Assembly (NCBI GenBank): GCA_048938855.1
Contig: JBHLLT010000010.1
Location: 43,263-107,262 of the forward strand
Length of the DNA stretch: 64,000 nucleotides
Direction of reading: 5' to 3'
DNA from: Promethearchaeota archaeon
Lineage (GTDB): Archaea > Asgardarchaeota > Lokiarchaeia > Sigyniarchaeales > SOKP01
Shown: piece by piece, positions 39,469-49,370 of the stretch
Layout of the letters: the number at the start of each line of letters is the position of its first letter
How positions within the stretch are numbered: position 1 is the first letter of the stretch
Position numbers and translations under genes: made by a program
Notes under the pieces: generated by a model
What the model was told of the DNA's origin: nothing
Seen by the model: only the letters and a program-made list of their open reading frames with translations
Databases searched by the model: none

Positions 39469-40998
39469 TTATAATTGAGGAGTATTGTTAAAACTCCAAG
39501 TACCTTTAATGCCTAAATTATCTTGAATTAGAGGTGATTGAATGGAATTTATAGACTGGATTTGACCTGAGGGAATGATATTTATAGAATAGTTAAAGGC
39601 ATCTCCAATTGTTTGATTTTGATTCAACTGATTCCAGAAGTGGTGGAAAAATATAGAACCCGCAAAACCATCAGCATTAGTATTATCTCGCCAATACCAA
39701 GAAAGAATATCAGTAGTCGATGTTATCAATATTGAATTGGGTATATTATACCAACTTGAACCTATATTAGAGTTTTGATTTAGGAAATTTCCACTAAAAC
39801 AAAAGTCTAAATTTATCATTATCCGTTTACAATTAATTTGTGAAATCAGATTAAAAAACTCAATTTCAGTAATATAGCTGTTATCTGCTTCAAAATGAAA
39901 AGTTGCATTCCCGTTTGCTTCAATTTTATTTGAACCATGATCTACCATATATATTATCAGTTGATCTTTTGCTCTTATACTTGAAGCGAAAGATCCTGAT
40001 ATAGAAACATTTAATTCACTTTTAAACCTACTGGAATTTACATCATTATTCTCCACATCCACCACTGCTTCTATTCCTGACCTATTTAAATCATTTGGAA
40101 TTCCATCAGAAGCATCAATATCAATGATATCATCTCCAGTATGGTAAAGCATTAAAAAAATATCATCGTCATTGTATCCATGATCCTTTAAAATCCAGTA
40201 AACTTGGAGTGCTTGGGCTGGAAAGCCATCTGTATCTTGATTACTAGGAGGGGGGCTTGGTATTGGAGGTGGAAACCAATATTCAACCTTAATATCGTCA
40301 AAAAGGACCATATCTGTACCAGTCATATTACCCTCAACTGCTAAAACTAAATGTAATTGAGTTATCTCTGTTTTATTTGAAGCAGCGATTCCCGTTACGT
40401 TTAAAAAATTCCATCCTGGAAAGGGTCCAAATAATCCTGTTGACCAATCTGTTCTTATTATGTCATTACTAGAATTTAACCATCGTAATCCTATTCTGGC
40501 CCCAGCGCCTGGAGGGGTTATTACAGCGGGGAATATAGGGGGTGTATTTATGTTAGTTGTAATATTAACCCATGCAGAAAGATTATATGCGGCATATTTA
40601 AGTAACGGATGATATTTTGTCCAATTGTATACAAACTCAGTATTAACAGCTTTGGAGGTAGGTGGACTTGTTACAATTAATTGGATAACTCCTGGAGTAT
40701 CATGACCTGGTATCGAGCTGTCAATTCCCCCATATTCGTTGGGGCCAAAATTTTCTGCCCATTTGGAAGGAAAAGGTTCACTATTAAACTTACCATCTTC
40801 TCCGTTATTAAAATCAGGTTCTCCATCCTTTCTATAGAAATCATTTGCACTACTAAGAATAATTGCCTTTCTCCCTCCTGGAGGCTTTGGCAATCGCATG
40901 ATTGGAAGATATAATATCCATCCGGAAATAATTAATACTATAATTATAATAAATGCTACTATAGGGGTATATTTCCTTAAAATCCGTTTTAAATCCAT
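39469..40998 (-). CDS. Membrane-anchored C13 (legumain/GPI8-like) cysteine peptidase with an inserted beta-sandwich domain
   Basis: N-terminal TM; Y..LKDHGY.DDDIFL; IYMVDHG (His) and LDFCFSG (Cys) dyad; Q.P near the C-terminus. Confidence 0.8.
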   Translation of the reverse strand: MDLKRILRKYTPIVAFIIIIVLIISGWILYLPIMRLPKPPGGRKAIILSSANDFYRKDGEPDFNNGEDGKFNSEPFPSKWAENFGPNEYGGIDSSIPGHDTPGVIQLIVTSPPTSKAVNTEFVYNWTKYHPLLKYAAYNLSAWVNITTNINTPPIFPAVITPPGAGARIGLRWLNSSNDIIRTDWSTGLFGPFPGWNFLNVTGIAASNKTEITQLHLVLAVEGNMTGTDMVLFDDIKVEYWFPPPIPSPPPSNQDTDGFPAQALQVYWILKDHGYNDDDIFLMLYHTGDDIIDIDASDGIPNDLNRSGIEAVVDVENNDVNSSRFKSELNVSISGSFASSIRAKDQLIIYMVDHGSNKIEANGNATFHFEADNSYITEIEFFNLISQINCKRIMINLDFCFSGNFLNQNSNIGSSWYNIPNSILITSTTDILSWYWRDNTNADGFAGSIFFHHFWNQLNQNQTIGDAFNYSINIIPSGQIQSINSIQSPLIQDNLGIKGTWSFNNTPQL

Positions 40999-41409
40999 AT
41001 AAGGTCACTTATGTTTTTATTTTCTATGTAAAATGATACTAATTTCTTTAATACCTATAAAATACAATTACACGAGATTCCATTTTAAATCTTACTCTTC
41101 TCAGTTAAAAGAATTAAGTTGTTTTGAATTTTATAATTTTCTAAAAAGGTTTTTAAAAATAAATATAAAAAAAAAATAGAGAACAATACCCTCATTCTTT
41201 CATTTTCAGGATTTCTTAAAATGAAAGCTTTTTTCTTACTCCCTCACCAGCTCCGCGACAGAAACTATTAAGCTTAAAACGATTCTAAGTACATTATATC
41301 ATGTTTCTCATAATTAATTTACTTCACGACTTTGATAAAAATTACTTTAATCAGAAATTAAAATCCTACAAGAAAAAAATAAAAAAAAAGTCAAGAATAA
41401 AGATTAAAA

Positions 41410-42831
41410 TTATTTCTTAGGTTTGTCTTCCATTGTTTCCCTAATGGAAGGAATTACGAAATCTTTAGTAGTTGGCTTTTCTATAATCTCTAAAAGATCA
41501 TATTCTGTGATCATTTGAAGAACTCCCATAACTTTCATGCCGTGATTATACGTTTCATTGGCATCTGAGAGATTCCTCCAACAAAACGGACATTCGGTGG
41601 TTAAGATATCTGCTCCAACAGCATTCGCTTCATCACATCGAAGACTTGCTGTTTTTATTGAAAATTCAGGATATCCAGCCCTTACACCGCCACCTGCTCC
41701 ACAACACATGCTATTTAGTTTTATTCGATACATCTCTTTGAACTTTATTCCAACGTCTTCTTCAAGTTTTCTAAGAATAATCCGTGGGACTTCATACCAC
41801 GCATCAATTGCTTCTTTAATTTTTCGACTATCCATCATAAGATTAGTCGATTTCTCAATCATATCTTGTTCCATATCAACTGCGAAATGCCTTCCTGTAT
41901 GACAAGGATCATGATAGGTGACTACTTTTCCCTTCAATTCTTTATTGGTTTTAAATTTAATTTTCCCCTGTTCTACTAATCTTGCTACAAGTTCAAAAGC
42001 GTGTTGTGTTTTAAAAGGAAGTTTTTCACCTTCAGACATCCATTTTGGATAATCAATAGTAAATGTTCTATAACACCCAGCACAACTGAAATACACCATT
42101 TCAACATTTTTAAATGCTTCAAGATTTTTCTTCATTAATTCTTGTGCAGTATCAACAGCTCCCACCCTAAAGAATGGGCTTCCACAACAAACTTCATCAG
42201 CAACCAATGTAAAATTCATTCCTAATTGTTCAAATAATTTGGCTGTTGCTATTGCTACCTCTACTTGTCGATAACTAGCGGTACATCCTACATAGTAAGC
42301 AATTTTTGCTTCTTTATTATTAATAAACTTTTCTAAACCCGCATCTTTAGCCCATTTTAGTCGCTCGTCAGCAGCACCCCCATAGGGATTATTTCGTTCT
42401 TTTACTAATTTATCTACTAGTTCATGCTTGTCTATCATTGGTACGCCAGATTCCATGCATGCGGCTCTTAATGCTTCGATAATATCAACTGTTCTAACCT
42501 TATTTTCACATTGAGCCGAACATTGACCGCATGTAATACAAGGTAAAATAACATCTCGAACTTCTTCTGTAAATTCTAAATCACCACTTAAAATAGAGCG
42601 AGCAATCCATATTTTTCCTGCATTCCAGTAAGCTTCCCAGCCATATTCGATCCCTGCTGGACAAGCGTCGACCATTCCTTCATAGAGCACAGTTCCTTGT
42701 TTTCCAGTATATTCCCCAATTCCTTCTTTATCAGGTTCACCAGAATAGGCAAATCTACATGCTTTACAATGAATACATTTATAAATATCCTTTTTTAATT
42801 CTTGTAATCTTTCCATTCCTGTTTTAGCCAT
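41410..42831 (-). CDS. Fe-S oxidoreductase with CCG domains (GlcF/HdrD-like)
   Basis: CIHCKAC..CP, CITCGQC..QC, CCG, CAGC, YHDPCH, CCGAGGG, CPFC. Confidence 0.9.
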   Translation of the reverse strand: MAKTGMERLQELKKDIYKCIHCKACRFAYSGEPDKEGIGEYTGKQGTVLYEGMVDACPAGIEYGWEAYWNAGKIWIARSILSGDLEFTEEVRDVILPCITCGQCSAQCENKVRTVDIIEALRAACMESGVPMIDKHELVDKLVKERNNPYGGAADERLKWAKDAGLEKFINNKEAKIAYYVGCTASYRQVEVAIATAKLFEQLGMNFTLVADEVCCGSPFFRVGAVDTAQELMKKNLEAFKNVEMVYFSCAGCYRTFTIDYPKWMSEGEKLPFKTQHAFELVARLVEQGKIKFKTNKELKGKVVTYHDPCHTGRHFAVDMEQDMIEKSTNLMMDSRKIKEAIDAWYEVPRIILRKLEEDVGIKFKEMYRIKLNSMCCGAGGGVRAGYPEFSIKTASLRCDEANAVGADILTTECPFCWRNLSDANETYNHGMKVMGVLQMITEYDLLEIIEKPTTKDFVIPSIRETMEDKPKK

Positions 42832-42852
42832 TATTTTATCAACCTCCTTATT

Positions 42853-44343
42853 TTATGGAAGAGCTAGTCTTCCTGGATGCATTATCATATTTGGATCAAC
42901 AAGCTTCTTGAATGCTCTTAAATATTTCCAATACATACCAGCTTGATAATAAGCTTGTACGTGAATATAAGGATCAGGGCGGTAATTCAACCAGCCTTGT
43001 TTAAGTGCATATTCAGTTGTATCCTGATTCAACTCTTGAACCTTTTCCAAGTCGGATTGTTTAGTAGAATCAAAGCACACGATTGGCATACAGATTGCTT
43101 GTCTACATCGTTCAATACTTGCAATCCATATTACTGGGGGGAATCCATAATCTTCCATTTTTTTCGTATACATGTCAGCAAAATGCCCACATTCCGGCCA
43201 TGGAGTATACCAAGTAATGAAAAGAAAGCCTGCTTCCCAAAAGCTATAAGGAATAGCGATTTTATTTGGCTTTTTCATTCGACTTGCGATCTGTTTAGGA
43301 TGTAGTTCCTGTTTGACAATAGCATCAGGGCTTTTTGCTCTTTTTTTAAAATCTTCAGCCATTTTATCAATTTTACTAGTTGCATAATCAAGTTCTTCTT
43401 GAGTTTGTGCCCATGTTTCCCAATTCATCCACCACTGAGAAATACCAATTTCTTTATAGAAGGCATAATCGTGAGGGATTTTATCCTTGGGCCATCGAGC
43501 CATTACAAGGGGGTAGTTTCCTCCTTGAACCATAACAGTATGATGGCTAATTCCAAATTCTTGTTTAGCAACTTCAAGAGTCAAATCCTGCATATCGTAA
43601 GGATTGTCCATACCCCAAACAACAACAGTTTTAAATTTAGGGTGGGGATATATTTTCACAGCAGCTTTTGTAACTACGCCAAATGCCCCCTGGCTCCCCA
43701 TAAGAAAAGACCACATATCAGGTCCTATCCCATACTTATAAAAAGGTTTAGCAAAAGGGAGAGCCCACGAACCAGTTCGTACTACATCTCCATTAGGGAA
43801 TACAATCTCACCACACATAAAGTTATCTCCTTGCGGACCTACTGAAGATGTGTATAGAGAGAATCCTCGATCGATTGCATCACCCATAACTGTTGCTGCG
43901 GGTGGAGCCCCATCAGGAATTGGAGGTGCCCAATCTGGATGGTATTTATGCATATAACTCCAAAGCTGCCCATTTGTGACCCCTGGTTCTATTACACAAT
44001 AGCGGTTATCCTCATCTATTTCAATAATCCTATTCATTCTGCCTAAATCAAGCAATACTCCACCTGGTTTAATAGTTGGGCATGCAAAACCACCTGATAG
44101 ACCAGCAGATACAGGACTTACAGCAATCTTCTCTGCAGAACAGTATATCAAGATTTTACGTATTTCTTCAACATATTTTGGTCTAACGACAATATCGGGA
44201 ATTTGTGATTCTAAACCCATTACCGATTTTGCCAGATAACCTGCAGTAATCGCTTTATTATTTGTTGCATACTCTTTACCGACAATACCAATCATAGCTT
44301 CCAAATCTTTTTCATCCGGTAATTTATAGCTCATAATTTCCAA
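42853..44343 (-). CDS. FAD-binding oxidoreductase (VAO/GlcD family)
   Basis: PDIVVRP, LDLGRMNRI.EID, EPGVT, GSQGAFGVVT, DPNMIMHPG. Confidence 0.9.
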   Translation of the reverse strand: MEIMSYKLPDEKDLEAMIGIVGKEYATNNKAITAGYLAKSVMGLESQIPDIVVRPKYVEEIRKILIYCSAEKIAVSPVSAGLSGGFACPTIKPGGVLLDLGRMNRIIEIDEDNRYCVIEPGVTNGQLWSYMHKYHPDWAPPIPDGAPPAATVMGDAIDRGFSLYTSSVGPQGDNFMCGEIVFPNGDVVRTGSWALPFAKPFYKYGIGPDMWSFLMGSQGAFGVVTKAAVKIYPHPKFKTVVVWGMDNPYDMQDLTLEVAKQEFGISHHTVMVQGGNYPLVMARWPKDKIPHDYAFYKEIGISQWWMNWETWAQTQEELDYATSKIDKMAEDFKKRAKSPDAIVKQELHPKQIASRMKKPNKIAIPYSFWEAGFLFITWYTPWPECGHFADMYTKKMEDYGFPPVIWIASIERCRQAICMPIVCFDSTKQSDLEKVQELNQDTTEYALKQGWLNYRPDPYIHVQAYYQAGMYWKYLRAFKKLVDPNMIMHPGRLALP

Positions 44344-44560
44344 CCCATTAACTAATCTTCAACTTTTAGATTTTATTTAATTAAAATTATTATTTTGGAA
44401 AATTAAGTACTGAATTTTAAATTTTCTTATATCTTTTTCATACAAACAATGATATTTTCTTATAGAAGTAATGTTTCATTTCTATAAGTTAAAAATTATT
44501 TTAAGTAAAGAAGTAAAAATCTATAAAATAACGAGAATTCATGAAACTCCTATTCTTATT

Positions 44561-45106
44561 CTAATTTTCAATCGTTATAAATTTACCAATTTTAGAATTA
44601 ATTTGATGTGTTGTTCTTCTCTTATCATTTGCTTTGTAATCAAGAAAAAGTTCATTGTAATCATCAATAAATTCCCAAAATTCTTCATAAATTTCTTTTG
44701 AACTCATCTTTTTTCTTTCTATTTTGTGATTTTGTGTTAAAACTTTTGGTTTGATTTCTTTTTGTTTAGCTATAGGCTTAAATTCAACTTTATCTCCATT
44801 AAAAATTAGCTTTTGGAAATAATTACCATATTTCTCCTTAGACACATTAAAAGCTTTTACACCATTCCTTAAGATCTTAGAGTTATCCTGGGGTAATTCC
44901 AAATCTACTTTTTGATAACCTCGAATTTGAAAATTCTTATCGATAAAAAACTGAAAGTGATGCGGACAAATTAAACCTTTATGAACTGAAACTGTAGTTA
45001 ATTGGGTTTCTTTATTTAATCTTGAAGGTGGTATACCCACAGCATCCCGTGTTTTACAAATTGGGCATATAACTTGAATTTTATTTGTCTTGCCGAGGAT
45101 AACCAT
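44561..45106 (-). CDS. Hypothetical zinc-binding protein
   Basis: CPIC ... CPHHF..FIDKNF.IRGYQKVD. Confidence 0.65.
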   Translation of the reverse strand: MVILGKTNKIQVICPICKTRDAVGIPPSRLNKETQLTTVSVHKGLICPHHFQFFIDKNFQIRGYQKVDLELPQDNSKILRNGVKAFNVSKEKYGNYFQKLIFNGDKVEFKPIAKQKEIKPKVLTQNHKIERKKMSSKEIYEEFWEFIDDYNELFLDYKANDKRRTTHQINSKIGKFITIEN

Positions 45107-45269
45107 TAATTCTCACATTAATAAAATAAATCTATACCTTTCAAAAATCTCTTAAACATAATATTTAAACTAAGCATTTTTATTGGTTATGACCGAATCT
45201 TTAAGTTCAAAAAAAAATTTTTCCAATTATATCACTATTTGTAATTCTATTCTGGAAAGAGTTGATATC

Positions 45270-46679
45270 ATGTCAGAATTGGATGTTTTTTTTCACCCAA
45301 AATCAATCGCGATAATTGGAGCGTCAGATAGTTTTAAATTTGGATATAATACAACGAAATATTTATTGGAATCAGAGTTTAAAACATATCCAGTTAATAT
45401 AAAAAAAAAAGAAATACATGGTCATAAAGCGTTTAAAAGTGTAAAAGATATTCCTGAAGAAATCGATTTAGCAATAATACTTGTTGGAAATGAATTCGTT
45501 CTTCAAACAGTAAAGGATTGTATCGAAAAAGGTGTGAAGGGTATAGTAATTGAATCGGCTGGTTTTGCAGAGACTGGTGTTGAAAGATTTATAAAAATTC
45601 AGAAAGAAATTGAAAATATTGCTAAAAAGTCGAAAGTACGAATTATAGGTCCAAATTGCGTAGGAGTAACAGATTTTAATAATCAATTTACAACTGCAGA
45701 TATGAGTTTTGATGAAGCAATTAATGGAAAAGTAGCAGTTATAGCACAATCTGGAGTTCTTGGCAACATATTTATAGATTGGGCGACTGACAAAGGAATT
45801 GGCTTTTCTAAAACTATCACAATCGGAAACAAGGTAGATGTTGATGAGGTCGATCTATTAAAATATTTAAACAAAGATCCTGAAACTAAAGTCATTACTC
45901 TTTACTTAGAAGGCACCAAACGAGGAAAAGAATTATTAGAAACGTTTAAAAATATGGTAAAACCGGTTCTAATTTTAAAAAACGGGAAAAGCGATATAGG
46001 GTCAAAAGCAATTACCAGTCATACTGGTTCAATGGCGGGGAATAATAGAATATATGATGTCGTTATAAAGCAAAATCCACGAATTTTTAGAGTAAACAAT
46101 TTTTATGAAATGTTTAATATAGCACACGTATTTGCCACTCAACCCTTGCCCGTTGGAAAAAATGTGTCTATTATTACAGGTTCTGGAAGTTTGGGAGCCT
46201 TGGCCTGTGATGAAATTGAAGAACAAGGCTTAAGCTTAGCAAATTTAAGCGAACATACTATAGCTATTATTAACTCAGTAATCCCTAATTGGGTATCAAT
46301 TAAGGGTACTATTGATTTAGGGCCTTCCATATTTCAAACATTTATTCCTGTTATAAATGCGATTTTCGAAGATAAGAATGTGGATTGCGTTTTATATATT
46401 TTTTCAGTTCCTCGATGGCCACTTCAAATAATGGGTTCGATGGCCACAAATTGGGCAATCGAGCAATTTAGAGCTATTAAATTATTAATACAAAAATTTA
46501 ATAAGCCATGTATCTGCGTATGCTTTGGTTCTGGATGGACATTTGATTTTCTTAGAAAATCAGAGTCTAAATCTAATTCAGAAGTAACAATTCCAATAAT
46601 GAGTAGGATAAAGCATGCTGTAATAGCGTTTAGAATGATGAATGAATTCAATAAAAATCAATTTGACAGCTCTAACTAA
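45270..46679 (+). CDS. ADP-forming acyl-CoA synthetase alpha subunit (CoA-binding protein)
   Basis: FF.PKSIAIIGAS, SAGFAE, RIIGPNC.G, QSG, GNK.D, SHTGS (phospho-His); start set at MSELD. Confidence 0.9.
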   Translation: MSELDVFFHPKSIAIIGASDSFKFGYNTTKYLLESEFKTYPVNIKKKEIHGHKAFKSVKDIPEEIDLAIILVGNEFVLQTVKDCIEKGVKGIVIESAGFAETGVERFIKIQKEIENIAKKSKVRIIGPNCVGVTDFNNQFTTADMSFDEAINGKVAVIAQSGVLGNIFIDWATDKGIGFSKTITIGNKVDVDEVDLLKYLNKDPETKVITLYLEGTKRGKELLETFKNMVKPVLILKNGKSDIGSKAITSHTGSMAGNNRIYDVVIKQNPRIFRVNNFYEMFNIAHVFATQPLPVGKNVSIITGSGSLGALACDEIEEQGLSLANLSEHTIAIINSVIPNWVSIKGTIDLGPSIFQTFIPVINAIFEDKNVDCVLYIFSVPRWPLQIMGSMATNWAIEQFRAIKLLIQKFNKPCICVCFGSGWTFDFLRKSESKSNSEVTIPIMSRIKHAVIAFRMMNEFNKNQFDSSN

Positions 46680-46795
46680 TTTAAAAAAAAAATTTACTTT
46701 TAAACTAATTTTAAAAACTGGACTCCAAATTTTTTTAATTTGACTAAGATCTACCCATAATTAAGTAAAAACAAATTAAATGAAGTGATAAAATA

Positions 46796-47329
46796 GTGTT
46801 CGATTTTAGTAATATTGCTACTGCTTGGCAAGAAATTGTAAACTGGTTTTTAGCCCAACCACTCTTTGCACAAGTACTTGTAATTATTGGAGTTGTTGCA
46901 GTTTTAGTGCTTGCGGTAATTCTAGTTTATTATGTCTTGAAAGGAATTGGCTATTTAATTTACTATTTGTTTAAAGGTATTTATTATCTATTTAAAGGAA
47001 TAGGTCTACTGATTTATAAGATTTTTGAAGGGTTATATTACGCAATTTCGGGGAAACCTAAGCCAAAGAAATGCTGTGAGGTTCCCAATGAACAACAACC
47101 AACGCAGCAACAATCGACTCAACCTGCTCAGGTAAAGGAAGAAGAGCCAATTGTACCCATACAAAAAACTCCTCAGGTAGTTCACTCCGAAATAACTTTT
47201 TGTAGTGAATGTGGAAATAAGTTCACTGATACAATGCTTCAATCCTTATCAGAAACAGGAGTTGCATATTGTATTCATTGTGGAAGCAAGAAAACTCAAG
47301 AATACCAAATGAGTATTGAAAGTCAATAA
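46796..47329 (+). CDS. Membrane protein with YY-xx-KG repeats, Q/P-rich linker and zinc ribbon
   Basis: TM helix, repeats YYVLKG/YYLFKG/YYLFKG/YKIFEG, CSEC...CIHC. Confidence 0.7.
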   Translation: MFDFSNIATAWQEIVNWFLAQPLFAQVLVIIGVVAVLVLAVILVYYVLKGIGYLIYYLFKGIYYLFKGIGLLIYKIFEGLYYAISGKPKPKKCCEVPNEQQPTQQQSTQPAQVKEEEPIVPIQKTPQVVHSEITFCSECGNKFTDTMLQSLSETGVAYCIHCGSKKTQEYQMSIESQ

Positions 47330-47345
47330 ATTTTTTTATTCTTTT

Positions 47346-48215
47346 TTATTTTTTTAAAGCTTTTTCAAATAACAAGACACCAAATCGTTTATCTTCATGA
47401 TATTGAAATCCTATCTTCTTGATCAGATCTACTACATCATGTTTACAAAATACCTCAAAAATTTTTGTTCCTTTAGTTTCAAGCTCCTTTTGAATTGTAT
47501 ATTGAATTAAATCACATGCCCCTTTTGGATTTCCATAAACTATCATCCATACTTCTTGTTCTAATGGAAGCTCATAATCATGAGGGTTTTCGAATTCAAT
47601 TTTTTGCAAAATAGCCTCTTTATTATAAATCCATGAACCAAGTTCAGTATTAATATATTTTAATGGAATGAAAGACCAACCAATACAAATCTCATCTCCA
47701 GGACCAATGTTAAATTCCTTATAAATCTGTTTTGCATCATCATCAGTAAGTACATCAATGTTAGGATTAATTTTGCCGGATAATTTAACATCATCAGAAT
47801 TTACCATTACTAGATCCATACATTTTTTTTGTTCAAATCCATAAAACTTTGCTAATTTTATTGATGCATAATTATCAGAAGCAGTATCATATTGAGCTAC
47901 CTTTACTCCTGATTTAGCTGCATATTTTACAGCATAACCTAATTGCATTTTACCAATTCCTTGACCTTGATATGAAACTTTTATTCTTCCTCCTTCTAAC
48001 CATGCTACATCATTATTATATAGCTTTACACGTCCAAATCCTATTAAATTTGTTTTATCTTTATCCTCAAATGTACCATAATTCATACTTCTCTTATCTT
48101 GGAGCCATTTTTCTATAACATGAGGGACATAATCATCTCCCTCCCAAATATCTTTACTAATATCTTTTATTGCTGGAATATCAGCGATGGTTAGTTCTCG
48201 GAAATAGACTTTCAT
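47346..48215 (-). CDS. GNAT family N-acetyltransferase
   Basis: WEGDDY, WLEGGRI...YQGQGIG, N..S..LA..YGF. Confidence 0.85.
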   Translation of the reverse strand: MKVYFRELTIADIPAIKDISKDIWEGDDYVPHVIEKWLQDKRSMNYGTFEDKDKTNLIGFGRVKLYNNDVAWLEGGRIKVSYQGQGIGKMQLGYAVKYAAKSGVKVAQYDTASDNYASIKLAKFYGFEQKKCMDLVMVNSDDVKLSGKINPNIDVLTDDDAKQIYKEFNIGPGDEICIGWSFIPLKYINTELGSWIYNKEAILQKIEFENPHDYELPLEQEVWMIVYGNPKGACDLIQYTIQKELETKGTKIFEVFCKHDVVDLIKKIGFQYHEDKRFGVLLFEKALKK

Positions 48216-48289
48216 AAAAATTCCTTTATTACATCTGAATATTGAAAATTAATAATATAAAATCTGGAAAAAATAAATTCTTTATTGTT

Positions 48290-48877
48290 TTAGGCTTTAA
48301 AATACCTTCTGTATAGACTATAATACAGAAAAAATGCCAGAATATAATGGATTAATATGCAGGGTAAAATACCTACGTTTAAGAATATATAACCAATGTA
48401 TAGTCCCATTAAGAATGTATATGCCAAGTTTATCAATAAAATAGTTAAATTCTTAAATGCAAACCATGTATGAATATGATATAAAGAGAAAACTACACTC
48501 GAAATAAGAATTACAGAAATTTCGCTAAAATTTAGTGAAATACTCAAGAAGCCGATTAAATAATATCTAAAAATTAATTCTTCCATAATTATTGTAAGAG
48601 GAAAGAACAAATATAATACAAATCTGTTGTTTTTAGTAATTAATGCGCTCATAACGTCGTGGTTTCGCATCAATTCAATATTCTCATTATTAAAAATAAA
48701 TATTTCAATAAACTTCCCAAGAATTATAAGTACAACTAAACCTAATAAAAATGCTAGAATAAAGAACGGATCTAATACAGTAATAAAAGTATATTGAATA
48801 TAAACTCCAAAAATCATTGGGATAAATAAGAAAAAAGAAATGACTACAATTATAGCATATTTACCTGAATATTCCAA
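48290..48877 (-). CDS. CPBP (Abi/Rce1-like) intramembrane metalloprotease
   Basis: EELIFR, FSLYH, LIH motifs in TM segments. Confidence 0.85.
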   Translation of the reverse strand: MEYSGKYAIIVVISFFLFIPMIFGVYIQYTFITVLDPFFILAFLLGLVVLIILGKFIEIFIFNNENIELMRNHDVMSALITKNNRFVLYLFFPLTIIMEELIFRYYLIGFLSISLNFSEISVILISSVVFSLYHIHTWFAFKNLTILLINLAYTFLMGLYIGYIFLNVGILPCILIHYILAFFLYYSLYRRYFKA

Positions 48878-48957
48878 TCAATACCAACCTAATTTCCTAT
48901 ATTATTTAAAAAGAAAACCTTGAATTTAATTTAATCAAATTAGATGTATAAGAAAAT

Positions 48958-49242
48958 TTAGCTAGGGTAATCATTTTTAGAACCCATAAGCGTGGTGGTT
49001 TCTTCGATCCATTGAGATAAGTCTTTATCAACTCTACAAAATGTGACAATTTTATCTATATCTCTTAATTTAGAAAAGGAACACTCTACAATTACATCCC
49101 AACCACCATATATTGGTGTAGCATAAGTAATTTTCCAATCTTCATCTGGTTCTGTTGATTTTAAATTAGTCAATTTCTCAACAACCCTCCATTCTGTCCC
49201 AATTGCTTTTAGCCGTATTAAGATATAACCCCTATAATAAAT
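48958..49242 (-). CDS. Stand-alone Lrp/AsnC ligand-binding (RAM)-like domain protein, probable ATT start
   Basis: Frame extends 23 codons above the track TTG to (M)YYRGYILIRLKAIGTEWRVVEKL; IYGGWDVIVE...IEETTTL is RAM-like; GGTG at 49249-49252. Confidence 0.7.
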   Translation of the reverse strand: MYYRGYILIRLKAIGTEWRVVEKLTNLKSTEPDEDWKITYATPIYGGWDVIVECSFSKLRDIDKIVTFCRVDKDLSQWIEETTTLMGSKNDYPS

Positions 49243-49370
49243 TTCTTACACCTGTAGCTTCAAAATTATTCAAATTATTATTTTTTCTAATAATTATAAC
49301 CTTACTTTAAATTGGAATATATTTAAGTACTTCAATGTTTCTAATATAAATTGTTTTAATTAAAATTTAT

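Noticed and set aside
41188-41330. SECIS element for the upstream Fe-S oxidoreductase
   Set aside because: No in-frame TGA in the flanking genes and no AUGA/GA quartet
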